From a bacterium (GTDB taxonomy: Bacteria > Bacillota_I > Bacilli_A > RFN20 > CAG-288), in contig CAVKZJ010000007.1 in NCBI GenBank assembly GCA_963660905.1, positions 8,953 through 72,952 of the forward strand: a stretch of DNA of 64,000 nt. The letters run 5' to 3'. Of the stretch, positions 1 through 8,892 are shown piece after piece. The notes under the pieces were generated by a model. That model made no database searches. It was not told the origin of the DNA and saw only the letters and a program-made list of their open reading frames with translations. Each line of letters starts with the position of its first letter. Position 1 is the stretch's first letter. Made by a program: the position numbers and the translations under genes.

Positions 1-558
1 CGCTTTGTCGATTTCCTCTCCATGCCCGATCATGCTGCCGCCAATATGGAATATATCGGCTATACGCCTGTCATCGCAGGCGATGCCATCCTCAATCTGA
101 TCCAGTCCTGGTATGACGAGAGATACAATGCCGAGGAGGATATGATGGATTATGATTCCATCCATGAGGATGACGATGGTTTCTCCGATAATTATTTCAC
201 GAAGGATATCCGTTATTTCTTCAAGGATACGCTCGAAGAAAAAGACATCGATGAAGATGGTGTCTTCATCCTCTCTCTCGATAGCAAGAACAAGCAGTTC
301 GACACCCAATATCCCGCCGAAGAGGAACTCCCTCATCTGGCCGTCATGGCCGATTTCGGAGAGCAGAACGCCAGCATGCTCCTCATGTGGGAATCGGTAA
401 AGAACACCTCTCTTCCAATCTGGTCCTACTTCCTCATTCTTGCTGCCTTCCTGATCATCATTGGCCTCTTTGTCTTCGCCTATGTGAGAAAAGCTGCCGT
501 CAGAAAAAGAAGAACGGAAAGAAAACTCGAAAGAGAAAGGAAAGCTGCTGCAAAATAA
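1..558 (+). CDS. 3' fragment of an ABC-transporter solute-binding protein (PotD/spermidine-putrescine-like) ending in an acidic segment and a C-terminal transmembrane anchor; 5' end lies outside the window
   Basis: Frame 1 is open from base 1 (RFVDFLSMPDHAAANMEYIGYTPVIAGDAI...), resembling the C-terminal end of PotD-family binding proteins. It continues with a D/E-rich ~100 aa segment, a hydrophobic stretch (IWSYFLILAAFLIIIGLFVFAYV) and a basic tail. Stop at 556-558, followed by a hairpin. Confidence 0.45.
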   Translation, partial: RFVDFLSMPDHAAANMEYIGYTPVIAGDAILNLIQSWYDERYNAEEDMMDYDSIHEDDDGFSDNYFTKDIRYFFKDTLEEKDIDEDGVFILSLDSKNKQFDTQYPAEEELPHLAVMADFGEQNASMLLMWESVKNTSLPIWSYFLILAAFLIIIGLFVFAYVRKAAVRKRRTERKLERERKAAAK

Positions 559-565
559 GCAAGAT

Positions 566-600
566 AGCCAGGCGCCCCATGAGGGATCCTGGCTTTTCTT
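566..600 (+). terminator. Rho-independent terminator candidate
   Basis: agccagg (566-572) pairs with cctggct (588-594), followed by tttctt. Confidence 0.55.
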
Positions 601-773
601 GTCTCTTTCGAAACATATCTCAGGGAAATCGGTGAATCCGAAAATCTTTCATCAGCAATCGGAGTCTAAAAATCCGACAGCCATTTCCAAAACTGAATAA
701 TCATTGATCAAACCATCCGTCTATGAGGCTATCCGAAGAAAGAATCACAAAAAAAGAATATTCTTTGACTTTT

Positions 774-1661
774 CTATCCAATTCTTTTCAATATGGCAAG
801 GGCAAGTTCCTTAGCGATATTGATTTTGCTGACTGCCTCGATTTCGGTAAAGAAGGCATTTCCATTGGCTTCAATGAAGACAGGCTTTCCCTCATCGGAG
901 ATACCGACATCGATGCCTGCATAAAGAAGTCCAAGTGTTTTGCTAGCCTGTAGGGCAAGCTGCTTATAGGCTTCATCAAGCGTGTCAGTCACATCCCTGC
1001 CTGTTCCACCAAGTGCGATATTCGATCGGAAATCATGGCTGTTCTTTCTTTCCATGCAGGCAATAACTTTCTGATCGATGACAATGATACGATAGTCATG
1101 GCCTTGATGAACCGAGAGAAATTTCTCATAAAGATGCTGCGTAAAGCAATATTTCTCCTCGATTTCCTCAAGTTCCTCTCGGCTGCGAACAAGAAGAACC
1201 TGTCTTCCAAGGGAGCCATGGCATTCCTTGAAGACAAGAGGATATCCAAGTCTCCTTTCAAGGACATCAAGAAAAAGCATTCTTTTCTCCCTTTCTGGAT
1301 TTGCCGTGTAGCACAAAGGGGCCGGAATCGTTTCTGGCACAGCAACGCCTTTATTCTGAAGAGAAAGAATAGAAAGCATCTTATCATCGGAAAGCATCAT
1401 CGATTCATAGGAATTGAATAAGGGAAGCTTCATGGAAAGAACCTTGGCAAGATACATATCCTTATCAAAATCAAGAGCGAAGGAATAATCCTTCAAATCC
1501 AATTCAATCTCATCGCCACGGCAAAATGGAAGAAGAGCGAGAGCATCCCGCACTTCGCATTCCACTCCATAGGGATGAAATTCTTCTTTCAGTCTTTTGA
1601 TTTTATAGGCATTGTTTGGATTGTTCTGATATCCATTGATGACAAAAAGAGCTTTTTTCAT
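774..1661 (-). CDS. ATP-grasp domain protein (RimK-like ligase family)
   Basis: 295-aa ORF with ATP-grasp-type blocks (GYPLVFKECHGSLGRQVLLVRS, YRIIVIDQKVIACMERK, GIDVGISDEGKPVFIEANGNA). No clear SD upstream of the ATG. Confidence 0.7.
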   Translation of the reverse strand: MKKALFVINGYQNNPNNAYKIKRLKEEFHPYGVECEVRDALALLPFCRGDEIELDLKDYSFALDFDKDMYLAKVLSMKLPLFNSYESMMLSDDKMLSILSLQNKGVAVPETIPAPLCYTANPEREKRMLFLDVLERRLGYPLVFKECHGSLGRQVLLVRSREELEEIEEKYCFTQHLYEKFLSVHQGHDYRIIVIDQKVIACMERKNSHDFRSNIALGGTGRDVTDTLDEAYKQLALQASKTLGLLYAGIDVGISDEGKPVFIEANGNAFFTEIEAVSKINIAKELALAILKRIG

Positions 1662-1673
1662 GTTTTTTATTTG

Positions 1674-1720
1674 AATAAAAAGCCTGGATTTCCATTTTAC
1701 GTGAAGGGAAATCCAAGCCT
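1674..1720 (-). terminator. Rho-independent terminator after the FAD-protein gene
   Basis: On the minus strand gcttggatttcc pairs with ggaaatccaggc (12 bp, one G-U), followed by tttttatt. Confidence 0.75.
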
Positions 1721-1727
1721 TTCCTAC

Positions 1728-3143
1728 TTATTTCAGATTTTCTGCGATATCTCTGGCGACCGAGACACCTGTGGCGCTGGCCTGCATAAGGCCTCTGGTG
1801 ACGCCTGCGCCATCACCGATGGCATAAAGGCCTTCGATATCCGTCATGAAGCGATTGTCTACCTTAATCTTTGAGGAATAGAATTTCACCTCGACGCCAT
1901 AAAGGAGAGTGTTCTTGCTATAAAGGCCAGGTGCGATGTTGTCAAAGGCTTTGAGAGCCTCGACAATGCTCGTCAGCTGTCTATGCGGCAAGACAAAGGA
2001 CAAGTCTCCCGGAACAGCTGTCTTCAGAGTCGGAACGGTCGTGGATTTCGCTAAACGGGATGCCGTGGTTCTTCTTCCCTTGAGAAGATCACCCAAACGC
2101 TGGACCATAATCGGCCCGCCGGTCAGCATGTTGGCAAGCGTAGCGACATATTGACCATATTCAATCGGTTCATGGAATGGCTCAGTGAACTTGGTCGAAA
2201 CCAAGACGGCAAAATTCGTATTGTTCGTCCAAAGCTTGGTATCGCCATAGGAATGTCCATTGACGACCGCCAATCCACCTTCATAATGTTCTTCGGAAAC
2301 GACACCGCCCGGATTCATGCAGAAGGTTCTGACTTTGTTCTCATAGGTATCGGCATAATAGACCAACTTGGCCTCATAGAGAACTTTGGTCAATTTATCC
2401 ATGACGGAATTCGGGCATTCGACACGGACACCGATATCGACTTCATTGTTCGTATTGACAAGTCCAAGTTTCGTCGCCTGTTTGCTGAGCCAGTCAGCAC
2501 CGCCTCTTCCCGGGGCGACAACGATGTGTTCAGAATAGACGATTTCTTCCTCTTTGCCGCGTGTCTGGATTTTCACACCGACAACCTTGTTATTTTCTTT
2601 TAGAATGTCATGTGCTGTGGTCAGCTCCAAGAATGTGGTATTCGTTTTTTCGACAAGGTAATCATGCATGCCAATCAAAACAGAGACTGCTCTTTCAGTT
2701 CCCAAATGTCTCACCGGGCACTGAACAAGATGAATGTTGTATTTCGAACATTCATAAGCGATTTCCTCCACGCGCGGATCATCCTGGCCGAAGACCTCTT
2801 CGGTCGCTCCGAAATGAAGATAGTACTGATCGGCATCATGGATCAGTTCCATCGCCTTCTCATGTCCGACATATTCATTGATGTGTCCGCCGACTTCATC
2901 ATTGAGAGATAATTTTCCATCCGAGAATGCGCCAGCTCCCGCCCATCCATTGACAATGGCGCAGGGATCACAATGAACACAATACCCTAACTTTCTTGCA
3001 GGGCAGGTTCTTGATGCAAGATTTCTTCCCTGATCGACAATCAAAACTTTGGCATCCGGCTTCTTGGCCGTCAGCTCCAGAGCCGTGAAAATGCCCGCTG
3101 GGCCAGCCCCGATGATAATTGCATCATAATGTTTCTTTTCCAT
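1728..3143 (-). CDS. FAD-dependent oxidoreductase (uncharacterised COG2509-like family)
   Basis: 471-aa ORF with an N-terminal Rossmann dinucleotide motif (YDAIIIGAGPAGIFTALEL) and a C-terminal GDGAG motif (LYAIGDGAGVTRGL). Confidence 0.7.
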   Translation of the reverse strand: MEKKHYDAIIIGAGPAGIFTALELTAKKPDAKVLIVDQGRNLASRTCPARKLGYCVHCDPCAIVNGWAGAGAFSDGKLSLNDEVGGHINEYVGHEKAMELIHDADQYYLHFGATEEVFGQDDPRVEEIAYECSKYNIHLVQCPVRHLGTERAVSVLIGMHDYLVEKTNTTFLELTTAHDILKENNKVVGVKIQTRGKEEEIVYSEHIVVAPGRGGADWLSKQATKLGLVNTNNEVDIGVRVECPNSVMDKLTKVLYEAKLVYYADTYENKVRTFCMNPGGVVSEEHYEGGLAVVNGHSYGDTKLWTNNTNFAVLVSTKFTEPFHEPIEYGQYVATLANMLTGGPIMVQRLGDLLKGRRTTASRLAKSTTVPTLKTAVPGDLSFVLPHRQLTSIVEALKAFDNIAPGLYSKNTLLYGVEVKFYSSKIKVDNRFMTDIEGLYAIGDGAGVTRGLMQASATGVSVARDIAENLK

Positions 3144-3301
3144 AAGACAAACCTCCCCATAGAATGCATTTGATTATACAATGTGAAAGCCCTTAACCCT
3201 AATGATATTTCATGAAAACTCTATCACAGATGAAAGTCTTTCCTTTCTCTTCGCTTCATCTTATAATATTCGATAATCACTTCTGCTTCGAATCATTTTT
3301 A

Positions 3302-6300
3302 TCAAATTTTGATTGTCATTCCCGGACGAACGCCATAGGAATCCTGGTTGACAATCGAGGTTTCCAGTCTTCCTGACGTGCTCACATCGTTTACATAGCG
3401 AGTGAAGGTATTGTCTGGAGAACGCGTCCAATAGGACGTGCAATGATTCATGCCGCCTTTCGTTTCTGAGACAGCACCCATGGCAAGAGCATAATCTGTC
3501 AATCGTCCTACACGGGAGGAATCGTCAGAGAAATAGGTCGTATTCTTGTAATCCTGATAGCTAAGAAGATAGAAGCGGTCTGTTGTGTCCTCACACGCAT
3601 AGCGGTTGGTGCTATTCGATGTCGTGGAAGCAGAATTATCCACATTCTTCTGTTGGACCGAGGTGGAATCGAAAGCGAAGGCGGTTTGATAGAAATCACC
3701 ATTTAGCCAAGATCGGATTTCCGAATTCTTGTAGCAATTGGCATAATAGCCATTCTTTCTTCCATCATAGGATTCATGATAGCGATGTGAATCCAGGACA
3801 AAAGAAGAGACGAGAGAATATTCTCCATTTTCACTGGAAAGAATCTTCCATTCAATCGGTTCACACTTGAACCAATAGAGGGTCGCATCCTGGATGGTCG
3901 TTCCATCATCGAATGTATAGGTGGATTCATGAGGGGAAGCCATCTTCTTTGCATAATACGAACCATTATAGAAGTAATAGCCATTTTCTTCGGCTGTGGT
4001 CAATGCGTTCAGGTTGGAAAGAAGAGTGTTATCCGACACATGCGTCTGTGGATAGATACCATACGTGATGGTCGATGTTTCTTCATCAAGAGAGGGGAGG
4101 ATACCTAATTTTTTCTGTTCTTCTGCATCCTGCTTCGCCAAGAAATGGGCGACAAGGGAAACATCGCTTGCCGGCATCACAAAAGAATAGGTTTCCTGAT
4201 TGCTGATTTTCTCTGTTCCATCATACCATCCGCCAAAGGAATAGTTCTCGTTCGCACTCGCCTTGATTGTAATGGTCTCGCCAGTATAGCCTTGGCCGGA
4301 GAGAATCGTGACACTCCCTTTCATTTCGTCTTGACTTGTCACAGAGAGATTCTGCTGGTTTGCTTTCCATTTTGCCTCAAAGGTTCGATTTCCCGTGGAT
4401 CCTTTTTCGATGCCGGTGACATTCTCGCCATCTGAATACCAGCCGATAAAGGTATAGCCATCCTTTGTCGGAGAGGAGAGGACAATCTCATCCTCGATTG
4501 TATATTTGCTTGGATTCGAAACTGAATTTGTGCCGCCATCAAGATTGTACGTGATGAGATAATCGACACATTCCCATTTGGCATAGAGTTCGAGTTGTCC
4601 ATAGCTTCCTTTTGTGATCTTTTCACATTGGTTCGAATAAGAGGAATCAAGATACCAGCCTTTGAAGTCATACCCATATCTTGTCGGAGAGGAAAGGGAA
4701 ATCGTATCGGATTCGATCGTGTAGGAGATTGGATTCGAAGACGCATTGGTTCCGCCATTGAGATGGTAGTTGATCGAATAAGTGATGATGGTCCATCTAG
4801 CCTCAAGCACCACATCTCCACTCGTTCCCTTTGGAATCGAGGTGATTCTCTCTCCATTGCTGTACCAGCCATTGAAGGTATAGCCGAGTCTTGAAGGAGA
4901 TGAGAAAAAGACCTCGTCTTCAATCGTATAGGAAGCAGGATTCGAAGAAGAATTCGTTCCACCATCGAGAAGATATGTGATGGAATATTTCCTCGCATCC
5001 CAAACGGCCTTCAGATGAAGGTCTTGATCAAATTGGTAGATTCCTTCATTCTGAATGCTGTTTCCGTTTTCATCCTGCCACGATTTGTGGGTATAGCCAT
5101 ATCGAGTCGGAATCGGAAGAGAATAGGAGGCATCATAGGTGACTTTGATTTCCTCTTTTGAAATCTCTCCCTGATTCGAATCAAGATAGATTGTATATTC
5201 ATTCGCCTTCCAATTGGCCTTGTAGCACTTCTTTCCGACGCTTCCCTTCGGCAAGGCATAGTCTTTTGTCGGTGTCGATAAATCCAAGGAAGTCCATCCC
5301 AAAAAGGTATAGCCTTTCTTCATGGGATTTGGCAAACGCAAGGATGTCTCACAGTCATAGGAGGATGGAAGATTCTCTCCCGTCCCACCATCGAGGTCAT
5401 AAACGATTTCATAGGAAATGAGATCATACGTCGCCTGAAGGGAAAGGCTTGCGGAGTGATTCTTGGAATCGAGAGTATAGTCTTTCAGGACCCATTTTGA
5501 GAAATCATATCCGGTCCAAATGGCATCGTTCTCAATATATCTCTTGGACTTCTTGATTCTCTCATTCGCTTTACTCGCATTTCCACCATTTCCGTCATAG
5601 GTGACATCGATGGTTCCACCGATGTTGTAGATATAATCAATTCCTGTTTCATAATCAAGGTTGTCAAATGCCATTCCAGCATTCACCATCACGGAAAGAT
5701 TCGCACTGTCTCCATGGTTTCCATTCTTTTCCAGAAGGGAAGAAGCCTCAGCATAGTTTTTCGAATCGATCAGATTCAGAATCGTCTTTTCTCGTCCATT
5801 CGGAACAAAAACAAGGAACGTCAATAAAAGAACACCTGTCAGAGCGAGAGCACCCGACGCGGAAGCAATCGAAAGAATCTTGATTTTCCTTTTCTTCTTT
5901 TTCTGAAGGCGTTCGAATTCCTCTCTTTCCTTCTCACATTCATATTCATAGTCCTTAATGATCTTTTCATATTTGGAAAGAAGGATTTTCGAATCCTTGT
6001 ATCCCGAAAGAGATTTCAGGACCATGCAGTTTTTCTTCAGTCTCGAATAGTCTTTCGAAGGGGAGATTTCTCCGTCAAAGAGACAGGAACGATACATCGT
6101 TTCCTTTCTCTTGAGTTCCTTCAGACGGAGACAGTCTTCCATCTGGGATTTCGAATCGAGATAATTGATCACGCTCCTGAAGAAATTGCTCGCTTCGTCA
6201 TATCGTTCTTTCTTTTTCAGCTCCATGGCCGTGACATACTGATTTTTCAGATAAAGATTTCGACAGTCGACCATCTGCATGGAAGAGGATTTATAGTCCT

Positions 6301-7801
6301 TGACCTTTTCAAAAAGAAGAATCGCCTCCTTATATTCTTTTTTGGCCTTGAGAACCATCGCCTTCTGATAGAGAGCTTCTTTTTGGAGATTTAAGCAGTC
6401 CTCCGCCTGTTTCCTGCTGTCCTTATAGTTCAGGATTTTCGAAAACGCCTGGCTTGCTTCCTGATATTTCAGTTCAGCCTTGAGCCTCATGGCAGTAGAA
6501 TAGATTTTCAAGAACTCCTCTTCCTGTTTTCTTTTGATGATGGATTGATTGGTCAAAGATAGGATTCTCTTCTGATTCTCATCTCCAAATTCATAGGCAT
6601 GATGATAATTCATGCAGGACTCAAGAGGCTCTGAGACATTTTTCAGCTGTTCAATTTTTCCACAGTGATTTTCAGCCAAAAGCTTAAGAAGATAAGCCTG
6701 TCCATTCTTCGCTTCCTTATAGAGGACTTTATCAAGCAGTCGGTCTGCCTTCTCATACTTCCCGTCATCAAGGAGGACTTCCGCTTTGGAAAGCATCTCA
6801 TCGACACTCAGTTCGACTTTCTCTTCCTCATTTCCGAACGGGAGATTCAAGCCATAATGACGAACACCGACAAGAAGGATCTTGCAGGCCTCTTTGAGGG
6901 AAACGCTTCTTCGTTTCGAAATCATGGAAACATAAAGGGAAAACTGATCGAAATCCACATCGAAGTCATTGAACTGCTTCTTATCCTTGAAGACGGACCA
7001 GATATCCGAATAAAAAGAGATGAAATAATCATACATCTTCCGCTGATCTGGCTTTTGAAGAACAAGTCCGACCTTGCCGTTGAGTTTCGAATAGGCTTCC
7101 TTCTTCTTCTTGCTTGAGAGATTCGATGCCGGAATCGTGGCACCTTCCTTAACTTTCTTAGCCTTGGCCTGAACAATTTCATCATCCGACGCAGAGGAAG
7201 GAACACCTAAAAATTCATAAAGATTTTCACACCCAAGGATTGAATAATAGATATCCAATCCATCAAACGAAGCGAACCCATCATCTTTCGGCATCAGTTC
7301 ATCAAGAGCCTCCTCTTCAAAGACCCAGAAGCCTTTCTGTTCCGCTTCGCTGACAAGTTCCTCGAACGTGAAGATGTTCTCGTTCGAAATGCGATTCTCA
7401 GGAGAATCCGTGATCTTCTGAATCAGGGAAGGAAGAACGATCTTTGTCGATTTCGACGCACTCAAAAGATATCCCAAGGAATTCTGCATCGAAAGCCTCT
7501 TCAGGGCGAGGAGTTCCTTCCTTCTTCCCCCTGAATTGGGAATATATTGTTTTGTCGAGGAATTATAGGTGGCATCATGGACAAGGATTTCGACAGCATC
7601 ATTTTTCAAGTCACGGGCCAGACGCGGATTTTTCGGATTGGTGTCGCTCGCTTTTTTCTTGATGATGGCATCGATTGCATTTATATCTTTCTCAGAGGGC
7701 TTGATTCGATAATAGCGAAAATAGTTGTATTCCACATCTTTGAGTTCTTCTGTGGTTCGTTGACTCGATGCTTCCATACATTCCCCCTCCTTTTCTTTCA
7801 A
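3302..7801 (-). CDS. Very large single-pass membrane protein: cytoplasmic J-like and 44-aa repeat region, one TM helix, extracellular Listeria-Bacteroides repeats and a DUF6273-like C-terminal domain
   Basis: 1499-aa uninterrupted ORF. It has a J-domain-like segment without HPD (ENLYEFLGVPSSASDDEIVQAKAKK...QRKMYDYF) and three 44-aa repeats (Y-x-EA...F...Y-K/L-D/S-S...C). A K-rich stretch precedes one TM helix (ILSIASASGALALTGVLLLTFLVFV, about nt 5800-5885). The extracellular part has 5-6 repeats with DGGT...GYTFxGW...AKW signatures. The C-terminus carries WFKCEPIEWKIL, SYWTRSP and GVRPGMTIKI. Confidence 0.9.
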   Translation of the reverse strand: MKEKEGECMEASSQRTTEELKDVEYNYFRYYRIKPSEKDINAIDAIIKKKASDTNPKNPRLARDLKNDAVEILVHDATYNSSTKQYIPNSGGRRKELLALKRLSMQNSLGYLLSASKSTKIVLPSLIQKITDSPENRISNENIFTFEELVSEAEQKGFWVFEEEALDELMPKDDGFASFDGLDIYYSILGCENLYEFLGVPSSASDDEIVQAKAKKVKEGATIPASNLSSKKKKEAYSKLNGKVGLVLQKPDQRKMYDYFISFYSDIWSVFKDKKQFNDFDVDFDQFSLYVSMISKRRSVSLKEACKILLVGVRHYGLNLPFGNEEEKVELSVDEMLSKAEVLLDDGKYEKADRLLDKVLYKEAKNGQAYLLKLLAENHCGKIEQLKNVSEPLESCMNYHHAYEFGDENQKRILSLTNQSIIKRKQEEEFLKIYSTAMRLKAELKYQEASQAFSKILNYKDSRKQAEDCLNLQKEALYQKAMVLKAKKEYKEAILLFEKVKDYKSSSMQMVDCRNLYLKNQYVTAMELKKKERYDEASNFFRSVINYLDSKSQMEDCLRLKELKRKETMYRSCLFDGEISPSKDYSRLKKNCMVLKSLSGYKDSKILLSKYEKIIKDYEYECEKEREEFERLQKKKKRKIKILSIASASGALALTGVLLLTFLVFVPNGREKTILNLIDSKNYAEASSLLEKNGNHGDSANLSVMVNAGMAFDNLDYETGIDYIYNIGGTIDVTYDGNGGNASKANERIKKSKRYIENDAIWTGYDFSKWVLKDYTLDSKNHSASLSLQATYDLISYEIVYDLDGGTGENLPSSYDCETSLRLPNPMKKGYTFLGWTSLDLSTPTKDYALPKGSVGKKCYKANWKANEYTIYLDSNQGEISKEEIKVTYDASYSLPIPTRYGYTHKSWQDENGNSIQNEGIYQFDQDLHLKAVWDARKYSITYLLDGGTNSSSNPASYTIEDEVFFSSPSRLGYTFNGWYSNGERITSIPKGTSGDVVLEARWTIITYSINYHLNGGTNASSNPISYTIESDTISLSSPTRYGYDFKGWYLDSSYSNQCEKITKGSYGQLELYAKWECVDYLITYNLDGGTNSVSNPSKYTIEDEIVLSSPTKDGYTFIGWYSDGENVTGIEKGSTGNRTFEAKWKANQQNLSVTSQDEMKGSVTILSGQGYTGETITIKASANENYSFGGWYDGTEKISNQETYSFVMPASDVSLVAHFLAKQDAEEQKKLGILPSLDEETSTITYGIYPQTHVSDNTLLSNLNALTTAEENGYYFYNGSYYAKKMASPHESTYTFDDGTTIQDATLYWFKCEPIEWKILSSENGEYSLVSSFVLDSHRYHESYDGRKNGYYANCYKNSEIRSWLNGDFYQTAFAFDSTSVQQKNVDNSASTTSNSTNRYACEDTTDRFYLLSYQDYKNTTYFSDDSSRVGRLTDYALAMGAVSETKGGMNHCTSYWTRSPDNTFTRYVNDVSTSGRLETSIVNQDSYGVRPGMTIKI
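4350..5440 (-). repeat. Tandem coding repeats (~200-230 bp units) encoding Listeria-Bacteroides / InlB-B-like repeat domains
   Basis: The DNA motif ggattcgaa recurs at 4512, 4741 and 4938. The protein units recur as Y-x-I-x-Y-x-L-(D/N)GGT...P(S/T)R(L/Y)GY(T/D)F(x)GWY...(A/E)(K/R)W. Confidence 0.65.
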
Positions 7802-7880
7802 TATTTTCTATTTTAATGTGTCAATGAATCAAATTGCAATCACAATACGTAGAAAACGAGTATGAATTTCATCTTTCTTC

Positions 7881-7909
7881 TTGACTTTGAATGAGAAGTC
7901 ATATATATT
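7881..7909 (+). promoter_or_regulatory. Sigma-A-type promoter candidate for the infC-rpmI-rplT operon
   Basis: TTGACT (7881-7886), 17-nt spacer, TATATT (7904-7909). Confidence 0.5.
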
Positions 7910-8090
7910 GTTCTACGCGGAAAAAACGCGACTAGGAAAGAGAACTTTGTTCACACCTGACTGGATTTTGTTCTGGTAGGTCAAATGCCTGAGTACTTCT
8001 ATCGCAATATTTTTTTATTGTGTATAGACTATTCAATGGATACAAAGAGTTCTCCCATCCTGGAGAACTCTTTTTTCTAGACATTCCATA
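7910..8090 (+). promoter_or_regulatory. Long structured leader of infC, candidate L20-responsive attenuator (L20-leader-like)
   Basis: The ~180-nt untranslated leader lies between the promoter candidate and the infC RBS. It contains small hairpins (cgcg-gaaaaaa-cgcg near 7916-7933) and ends in an intrinsic-terminator hairpin directly before the RBS. This matches the arrangement of Bacillus-type L20 leaders. Homology to the Rfam model was not verified. Confidence 0.45.
8045..8077 (+). terminator. Leader (attenuator) terminator upstream of infC
   Basis: aagagttctcc (8045-8055) pairs with ggagaactctt (8062-8072), loop catcct, followed by a T-run. It sits 13 nt before AGGAGG at 8090-8095. Confidence 0.8.
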
Positions 8091-8166
8091 GGAGGAATCG
8101 CTTATAAACACTTATCAAGGAAACAACAGCAATCGTCCACGCCCGAACAAGAGTCAGAATTCTGAT

Positions 8167-8664
8167 TTGGTCAATGAGAGAATCCATTTCAAGGAAGTCC
8201 TTCTCATCGGACCAGAAGGAGAAGCCTTCGGTGTCGTCCCGATGAAAGTTGCTCAGCAGAAATCCATCGAAGCCGGTATGGACCTTCTTTGTGTTTCACC
8301 CAATGCTAAGCCACCTGTCTGCCGAATCTTGGATTACGGCAAGTACAAATTCGAGAAAGACAAGAAAGCCAAAGAAGCCAAAAAGAACCAGAAGAAGACT
8401 GTCGTGAAGGAAATTCGTTTTACGGCGACAACCGATACCCATGACTTGGAGACCAAAGCCAAGGCAACAATCCGTTTCTTGGAAGAAGGAAACAAAGTCA
8501 AGGTGTCTGTCTTCATCAAAGGCCGTATGAGAAGCCGTATGGACATTGTCACCGAAACCCTGAATAAGTTCTTGGACATGGTGAAGGATTATTCCACCCA
8601 TGAGAAGGAACCCGAGATGTTAGGCCGTGACTACTATGTCGTGTTAAGTCCGAAAAAAAAGTAA
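8167..8664 (+). CDS. infC: Translation initiation factor IF-3
   Basis: VNERIHFKEVLLIGPEGEAFGV...NAKPPVCRILDYGKYKFE is canonical IF-3. The listed start is TTG at 8167. The frame is open back to 8092, and ATA at 8104 lies 8 nt after AGGAGG, so the true start may be non-canonical and upstream. Confidence 0.9.
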   Translation: MVNERIHFKEVLLIGPEGEAFGVVPMKVAQQKSIEAGMDLLCVSPNAKPPVCRILDYGKYKFEKDKKAKEAKKNQKKTVVKEIRFTATTDTHDLETKAKATIRFLEEGNKVKVSVFIKGRMRSRMDIVTETLNKFLDMVKDYSTHEKEPEMLGRDYYVVLSPKKK

Positions 8665-8681
8665 AATAGGAGGGCAATGCT

Positions 8682-8876
8682 ATGCCAAAAATGAAGAGTA
8701 AACGTGGTGCTGTCAAGAGATTCAAATTCACTGCTGACGGCAAGGTCAAAAAGTGGAATCAGAACACTTCCCACTTGTCCCACAACAAGACCCACAAGAT
8801 GATCCGTCACAACAGAAAAGCCAGATATCTGAATTCCGTTCAGGGAAAGAAGATGACTGCCTTAGTCAGCAAGTAA
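8682..8876 (+). CDS. rpmI: 50S ribosomal protein L35
   Basis: MPKMKSKRGAVKRFKFTADGKVK... is the typical L35 sequence, and the gene sits in the infC-rpmI-rplT order. Confidence 0.95.
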   Translation: MPKMKSKRGAVKRFKFTADGKVKKWNQNTSHLSHNKTHKMIRHNRKARYLNSVQGKKMTALVSK

Positions 8877-8892
8877 AGAGAGGTATTAGACA

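Noticed and set aside
4339-4998. 219-aa alternative-frame ORF on the same strand inside the giant protein gene
   Set aside because: It lies within the Listeria-Bacteroides repeat region, where the main frame shows clear repeat signatures. The alternative frame gives an R/M/P-rich sequence without features.
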